From an uncultured Chitinophagaceae bacterium (GTDB lineage: Bacteria; Bacteroidota; Bacteroidia; NS11-12g; UBA9320): DNA of 64,000 nucleotides. The notes under the pieces are model-generated. The model was not told the DNA's origin and did not search any database. It worked only from the letters and a program-made list of their open reading frames with translations. The stretch covers positions 37,778 to 101,777 of the forward strand of contig CAZTGZ010000006.1 of the NCBI GenBank assembly GCA_964613385.1, read 5' to 3'. The stretch's first letter is position 1. Every line of letters begins with the position of its first letter. The translations under genes were made by a program, and so were the position numbers. Below are positions 58,905 through 64,000 of the stretch, piece after piece.

Positions 58905-61900
58905 ATGTCAAAGAACCAACAATACTGGAAAGGCTTAGAGGAACTGAACCTGAATTCAGAGTATCTTGAGTCCAGAAAGAATGAATTTTCAGAAGGATTA
59001 CCTCTGGAAGAAGCATTTAACGGCGAATACACTTTTAATACCAATAGAAGAGATTTCTTAAAGTATTTTGGTTTCAGTGTAGCAGCGGTTACTCTGGCTG
59101 CTTGTAATAAAGCACCCGTAAAATATGCAATACCTTATGTGGTTAAACCAGAACAGGTTACCCCGGGTATGCCCCTGTATTACGCAACCAATTTGGGTGT
59201 TTACGGAGAAGGATTTCCTATCATCGTTAAAGTGCGCGAAGGCCGCCCGATAAAAATCGATGGAAACGATCAGGCGGAAATGTTCGGCGGCGGATTGTGT
59301 GGCACGGGACAAGCGAGTATATTGTCACTGTATGATACATCTCGCTTCAAACATCCAATGGTGCAGAAGAAAGCGGTTGAAGATTGGGCTCAGGTAGACA
59401 AAGAAGTTATTTCAAAACTGGATCAACTTCAGGCAGCCGGATCAGGAATTCGTATCGTTACCAGAACAACTACCAGCCCGGTGATGAAGTCAGCCTTGAA
59501 TGCGTTCAGCACCAAATATACCCAGGCCAAGCAGGTTGTGTATGATCCTTTTTCCTACAGTGGAATTTTGGATGCCAATGCTTCGGCTTTCGGTAAAAGG
59601 GTAGTTCCCAATTACCAATTCGATCAGGCCAAAGTGATTGTAAGTTTTGGAGCTGACTTTTTAGGTACATGGATCAGCCCTGTTCGCTTTTCTTCGGACT
59701 ACAAAAAGAATCGCAAACCTTCAGAAGGTATGTCGAGACATATTCAATTCGAAGCATTGATGAGTCTTACCGGTTCTAATGCGGATGTTCGTATTCCGAT
59801 GAGAGCAGGTCTGGAAGGTGTTTATATCACAACCCTGTACAATAAAATTGCAGCCTTGGCCGGTGTGGCTCCATTGGCGGTACCGAACAACCGCGAATTA
59901 GCTGGTGATGCCATCGCTCACGCTGCCAAAGACTTGTGGAATGCAAAAGGTAAATCCCTCGTCATTTCCGGAAGTAATGATGTAAATGTTCAGCTTATCG
60001 TAAATGGTATCAATTCTCTTTTGCAGAATTATGGTACCACCATCGATTTAGATAATCACAGTAATATTTCAGCCTACGAAGAAGCGGGGTTTGCCCGTTT
60101 TATGGATGAATTGGAAAATGGAACAGTAAAAGGGGTGATTTTTGTGAATTGCAACCCTGTTTACGCCCATCCTTCAGCAGATCGACTGAAAAAAGCCCTG
60201 AAAAAGGCTAATTTAGTTGTTTCTACCGCATCTACCATTGATGAAACTACCGAATTAGCGGGCATAGTAGCTCCTGATTCTCATTTCCTCGAATCATGGG
60301 ATATTCTGGAACCATATAATGGGTATTTTGTGTTTTCACAACCTACCATTGGCAATGTTTTCAATACCCGCCAATCATTTGAGAGCTTGCTGACTTGGGC
60401 TGGTCAGGCACCTGCTGCATCCGGCGATAAAAGTGCAGCCTACAATTATGTTCAAAATATTTGTGCCACCTGGGTAGGAGCCGATTGGAATAAATCTCTC
60501 CACGACGGTATATTTATTAAATCCAAAGCGATTCCAACCGTACCTTCCATGAACGTTCTTTTGGGTGCAGCCGCAACTGCTGCTGCTCAAAATCCAAAAG
60601 GAGAAATGGATTTGGTGTTGTACCAGAAAATAGGGCCGAGAGATGGAACCTGGTCAAATAACCCTTGGGTACATGAGTTACCCGATCCGATAACCAAAGT
60701 TTGTTACGATAACTACCTGTCTATTGGAATTACCGATGCCAAAGCCATGAATTTGGAGCAAGGAGATTTCGTTAGTGTATCTGTAAACGGACGCACCGTT
60801 GAAAATCTGCCGGTATTGTTGCAGCCGGGACAAGCAAGGGGCACAGTTGGCGTAGCCTTGGGTTATGGCCGCATGGTTGCTGATCAGGTTAACAATGATT
60901 TGCGCGATTTAGGTAAAAATGCCTATGGTCTGGCTTCGATAAGCCAAACAGGAACGCAATACATTGTTTCGGGCGTTAAAATTGAGAAAACCGGTTCCGG
61001 ATATACATTTGCTCAGACTCAGACCCACCAGAGCATGGAGGGGCGCGATATTGTAAGAGAAGCGACTCTGGCTGAATACAAAGAAGATCCATACGTTAAA
61101 AATCATAAACATCACAACCTGGTTTCTCTTTGGGAAGAATACGACTATACCAAAGGTCACCACTGGGGTATGGCAATCGACCTGAATGCATGTACCGGTT
61201 GTGGAGCCTGCGTGGTGAGCTGCAGCATTGAAAACAACGTTCCGGTTGTAGGTAGAAATGAAGTGAGAAGGAGACGTGAAATGCATTGGATCCGTGTAGA
61301 TCGCTACTATAGTTTCCCAACAGAAAATGGATGGTTAAGCAAAGAGAAGCAAATCAATAAAATACCTTCAACAACCAAGGACGGTGGGGCGTATGCCTAT
61401 GAAAATGTTCAGGTTGTGCATATGCCGATGATGTGCCAGCATTGTGACCATGCTCCTTGTGAAACCGTTTGCCCGGTATTGGCAACCACACACAGCAGTG
61501 AAGGGTTGAACCAAATGACCTATAACCGTTGTATCGGTACCAAATATTGCGGAAATAACTGTCCGTATAAGGTAAGAAGATTCAACTGGTTCAGATATAA
61601 CGATAATGACAATTTCGACTATCATTTCAACAATGATTTGGGTAAAATGGTCATCAATCCTGATGTAACTGTGAGAACCAGAGGGGTCATGGAAAAATGT
61701 AGTTTCTGTGTTCAAAATATCCAGGCTGCCAAATTGACTGCCAAGAGAGAAAACAGACAGTTGAAAGACGGTGATGTTAAAACGGCATGTTCCAGATCTT
61801 GTCCGGCAGGTGCCATCGTTTTTGGAGACATGAACGATCCTCAGAGCGAAATCAGCAAGTTATATAAGAATGAAAGAGCATACCATGTTCTGGAAGAATT

Positions 61901-61976
61901 AGATACTAAACCAAGCGTGGTTTATATGACCAGAATCAGAAATGTTGAAACTCAAAAAACTACAACCCATAGTTAA
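58905..61976 (+). CDS. actB: alternative complex III subunit ActB (molybdopterin-oxidoreductase-like plus 4Fe-4S ferredoxin fusion)
   Basis: Twin-arginine signal RRDFLKYFGFSVAAVTLAAC. About 1020 aa. C-terminal CxxCxxCxxxC clusters (CTGCGACVVSC, CQHCDHAPCETVCP, CIGTKYCGNNCP). Confidence 0.85.
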   Translation: MSKNQQYWKGLEELNLNSEYLESRKNEFSEGLPLEEAFNGEYTFNTNRRDFLKYFGFSVAAVTLAACNKAPVKYAIPYVVKPEQVTPGMPLYYATNLGVYGEGFPIIVKVREGRPIKIDGNDQAEMFGGGLCGTGQASILSLYDTSRFKHPMVQKKAVEDWAQVDKEVISKLDQLQAAGSGIRIVTRTTTSPVMKSALNAFSTKYTQAKQVVYDPFSYSGILDANASAFGKRVVPNYQFDQAKVIVSFGADFLGTWISPVRFSSDYKKNRKPSEGMSRHIQFEALMSLTGSNADVRIPMRAGLEGVYITTLYNKIAALAGVAPLAVPNNRELAGDAIAHAAKDLWNAKGKSLVISGSNDVNVQLIVNGINSLLQNYGTTIDLDNHSNISAYEEAGFARFMDELENGTVKGVIFVNCNPVYAHPSADRLKKALKKANLVVSTASTIDETTELAGIVAPDSHFLESWDILEPYNGYFVFSQPTIGNVFNTRQSFESLLTWAGQAPAASGDKSAAYNYVQNICATWVGADWNKSLHDGIFIKSKAIPTVPSMNVLLGAAATAAAQNPKGEMDLVLYQKIGPRDGTWSNNPWVHELPDPITKVCYDNYLSIGITDAKAMNLEQGDFVSVSVNGRTVENLPVLLQPGQARGTVGVALGYGRMVADQVNNDLRDLGKNAYGLASISQTGTQYIVSGVKIEKTGSGYTFAQTQTHQSMEGRDIVREATLAEYKEDPYVKNHKHHNLVSLWEEYDYTKGHHWGMAIDLNACTGCGACVVSCSIENNVPVVGRNEVRRRREMHWIRVDRYYSFPTENGWLSKEKQINKIPSTTKDGGAYAYENVQVVHMPMMCQHCDHAPCETVCPVLATTHSSEGLNQMTYNRCIGTKYCGNNCPYKVRRFNWFRYNDNDNFDYHFNNDLGKMVINPDVTVRTRGVMEKCSFCVQNIQAAKLTAKRENRQLKDGDVKTACSRSCPAGAIVFGDMNDPQSEISKLYKNERAYHVLEELDTKPSVVYMTRIRNVETQKTTTHS

Positions 61977-61986
61977 TAGATAAGAA

Positions 61987-63333
61987 ATGTTCGAAGCAGC
62001 TATTAGAAACCCGCTCGTTACCGGTGATAAGAAATACGCCGATGTGAGCAATGACATCTGCAGGCCTATTGAAAATCCCCCAACCAAACAATGGTGGATA
62101 GGCTTTTCTATCTCTTTTGTTTGCCTGCTCTTATTGGCATTAACATTGGGAATTACGACCACTCAAGGTATTGGTACCTGGGGAATCAATAAGACCGTAA
62201 TGTGGGGTTGGGATATCACCAACTTCGTGTTTTGGGTAGGTATTGGTCACGCAGGAACCCTGATCTCGGCCATTCTTCTCCTTTTCAGACAAAAGTGGAG
62301 AATGTCCATTAACCGTTCAGCAGAGGCGATGACAATTTTCGCCGTAATGTGCGCAGCAATTTTCCCACTCTTCCACATGGGTAGGGTTTGGTTGGGTTAC
62401 TGGCCATTGCCATTACCCAACGGATTTGGGTCTCTTTGGGTTAACTTCAACTCTCCCTTGCTTTGGGACGTGTTTGCAATTTCGACCTATTTCTCTGTTT
62501 CTCTGTTGTTTTGGTATTTGGGATTGATACCCGATATCGCATCTGTAAGAGATAGAGCAACATCAAAAGCACGTAAATTCTGGTATGGCTTTTTTGCCAT
62601 GGGATGGAATGGATCAGCGAGAACCTGGCACAGATATGAGGTCGTTTCATTAATCTTAGCCGGTATTTCTACCCCACTGGTACTTTCAGTACACACCATT
62701 GTATCTATGGACTTCGCAACTTCTGTGATTCCTGGTTGGCATACGACGATTTTTCCGCCCTATTTCGTTGCAGGTGCGATTTTTTCCGGTTTCGGAATGG
62801 TGCTAACCTTGTTGGTTATTGCCAGAAAAGTGATGAAACTCGAAGATTATATCACCATTGGTCACCTGGAAGCTATGACCAAAGTGGTCATGTTAACGGG
62901 TTCCATGGTAGGCTTGGCGTATTTGACGGAATTTTTTATCGCCTTTTATTCAGGAGTTGAATATGAGCAGTATGCCTTCGCGAACAGAGCATTTGGACCT
63001 TATTGGTGGGCATATTGGAGTATGATGAGCTGCAATTTGATCGCCCCTCAGGTGTTTTGGTTCAAATGGGCCAGAACAACTCCGTGGTTCATTTTTGTTA
63101 TGTCCATTATTGTGAATATCGGAATGTGGTTCGAACGATTTGTAATTATTGTAACCTCTTTGCATAGAGATTATTTACCGTCTTCATGGGTAATGTACGG
63201 TCCAACATGGGTTGAGGTAGGTATATTCATCGGAACGATGGGCTTGTTCTTCACATGTTTCTTCCTGTTTAGCAAGTTTTTACCTGTGGTGAACATGGCA
63301 GAAGTTAAGGGAATCATTAAAAGTAAAGAGTAA
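61987..63333 (+). CDS. actC: alternative complex III subunit ActC (NrfD/PsrC-like quinol-interacting membrane subunit)
   Basis: 448-aa polytopic protein with NrfD-family features. Position immediately after actB. Confidence 0.8.
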   Translation: MFEAAIRNPLVTGDKKYADVSNDICRPIENPPTKQWWIGFSISFVCLLLLALTLGITTTQGIGTWGINKTVMWGWDITNFVFWVGIGHAGTLISAILLLFRQKWRMSINRSAEAMTIFAVMCAAIFPLFHMGRVWLGYWPLPLPNGFGSLWVNFNSPLLWDVFAISTYFSVSLLFWYLGLIPDIASVRDRATSKARKFWYGFFAMGWNGSARTWHRYEVVSLILAGISTPLVLSVHTIVSMDFATSVIPGWHTTIFPPYFVAGAIFSGFGMVLTLLVIARKVMKLEDYITIGHLEAMTKVVMLTGSMVGLAYLTEFFIAFYSGVEYEQYAFANRAFGPYWWAYWSMMSCNLIAPQVFWFKWARTTPWFIFVMSIIVNIGMWFERFVIIVTSLHRDYLPSSWVMYGPTWVEVGIFIGTMGLFFTCFFLFSKFLPVVNMAEVKGIIKSKE

Positions 63334-63346
63334 TAAAATAACCGAC

Positions 63347-63877
63347 ATGTTAGATAAAAATCTTATTGTAGGCGTATATCAGGAACCCGATCAACTCATA
63401 GATGGGGTAACCAAACTGAGAAAAAATAATGTCGAAGTATTCGACTGTTATACCCCATTTCCGGTTCACAACCTCGACAAAGCCATGGGCATTAAGAGGT
63501 CAAATTTGACCATTGGTGCATTTTTATGCGGTTCTATCGGATTTCTTACAGGGCTTGTACTCCAATTCTATATGCAGGTATTCGATTGGCCAATGAACAT
63601 TGGTGGTAAGCCGGATAACTATCTGATGTTGCCAAGTATGGTTCCGGTTACATTCGAACTTACTATCCTGTGCACAGCGTTCGGTATGGGTATCCTGTTT
63701 TTCTACCGGAGCAAGATGATTCATGGTATCAGGGAAGATGTTCTGGATCGCAGACAAACCAACGATCTACTGCTCTTGACCATCGATGAAGAAACCCTCC
63801 ACAGCAATCGCGATGAGGCCATTCAAATATTGAAGGACTCGGGAGCCATAGAAATCAGAGAACACAAAGGCCATTAA
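63347..63877 (+). CDS. actD: alternative complex III subunit ActD (DUF3341)
   Basis: 176 aa. Conserved N-terminus GVYQEPDQLIDGVTKLRKNNVEVFDCYTPFPVHNLDKAMG. One TM helix. Confidence 0.65.
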   Translation: MLDKNLIVGVYQEPDQLIDGVTKLRKNNVEVFDCYTPFPVHNLDKAMGIKRSNLTIGAFLCGSIGFLTGLVLQFYMQVFDWPMNIGGKPDNYLMLPSMVPVTFELTILCTAFGMGILFFYRSKMIHGIREDVLDRRQTNDLLLLTIDEETLHSNRDEAIQILKDSGAIEIREHKGH

Positions 63878-63900
63878 TAAATCAGCAAATTGGATCGACC

Positions 63901-64000
63901 AATGAAAAGAAATTTCAAACAGTTACTGCTCTTAGGATGTATTGCTTCAGGCTTTATTGCATGCACGAGCAGTGGAGATAATCCGGGTATTGAATATGCC
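63901..64000 (+). CDS. actE: alternative complex III subunit ActE (monohaem cytochrome c lipoprotein), 5' fragment truncated by window end
   Basis: MKRNFKQLLLLGCIASGFIAC gives a lipoprotein signal. Position after actD. Only 33 codons are visible. Confidence 0.45.

Noticed and set aside
1-64000. Search for tRNA/rRNA genes, CRISPR arrays, transposases/integrases/IS elements, phage genes and defence modules (nuclease+ATPase, cyclase+effector, RT+ncRNA)
   Set aside because: Intergenic regions are all under 130 nt and none shows cloverleaf-compatible structure or direct-repeat arrays. No ORF shows transposase, integrase, reverse transcriptase, restriction-modification or other defence-associated motifs. 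The window looks like conserved core chromosome.

Overview
The window reads as a gene-dense, core chromosomal segment of a Bacteroidota genome (about 42% GC). The phylum call rests on T9SS/gliding type-B C-terminal domains, an alternative complex III operon, TAnnTTTG-type -7 promoter boxes, and no Shine-Dalgarno spacing. I called about 49 protein genes, nearly all housekeeping. They include: M20 and M48 peptidases, YceI, an S8 peptidase, a class-III aminotransferase, HU, aroK, folP, purB, an endonuclease I with a T9SS CTD, sppA, a large repeat-rich gliding-CTD protein, ornithine aminotransferase, purH-mreBCD-mrdA-rodA, recG, dnaE, uspA, rnz, ftsK, lolA, a capD-like dehydratase, a 1232-aa SBBP/T9SS protein, a SAM hydroxide adenosyltransferase (DUF62)-ABM-TPR/CAP operon, phoH and actABCDE. 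I found no tRNA or rRNA genes, no CRISPR array, no transposase, integrase or prophage signature, and no recognisable defence-island architecture. The ORF track reports alternative start codons as M. Several true starts were therefore re-derived from signal peptides or conserved N-termini (M20, M48, dnaE, uspA, actA, endonuclease I). Three genes (folP, purH, phoH) probably use TTG starts. I do not see a clear, self-contained undescribed multi-gene system. The most interesting signals are as follows. (1) An identical 17-nt element, TTGTCATTTTTTTATGA, sits exactly 37 nt upstream of the ATG of two unrelated genes (the gliding-CTD protein and uspA). (2) A translationally coupled DUF62 SAM-hydrolase / ABM monooxygenase / secreted TPR-CAP operon. 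(3) A 1020-aa uncharacterised outer-membrane protein with an HExxH-like motif. (4) An hup intrinsic terminator directly abutting the next gene's start. (5) A generally terminator-poor layout with overlapping convergent stop codons.
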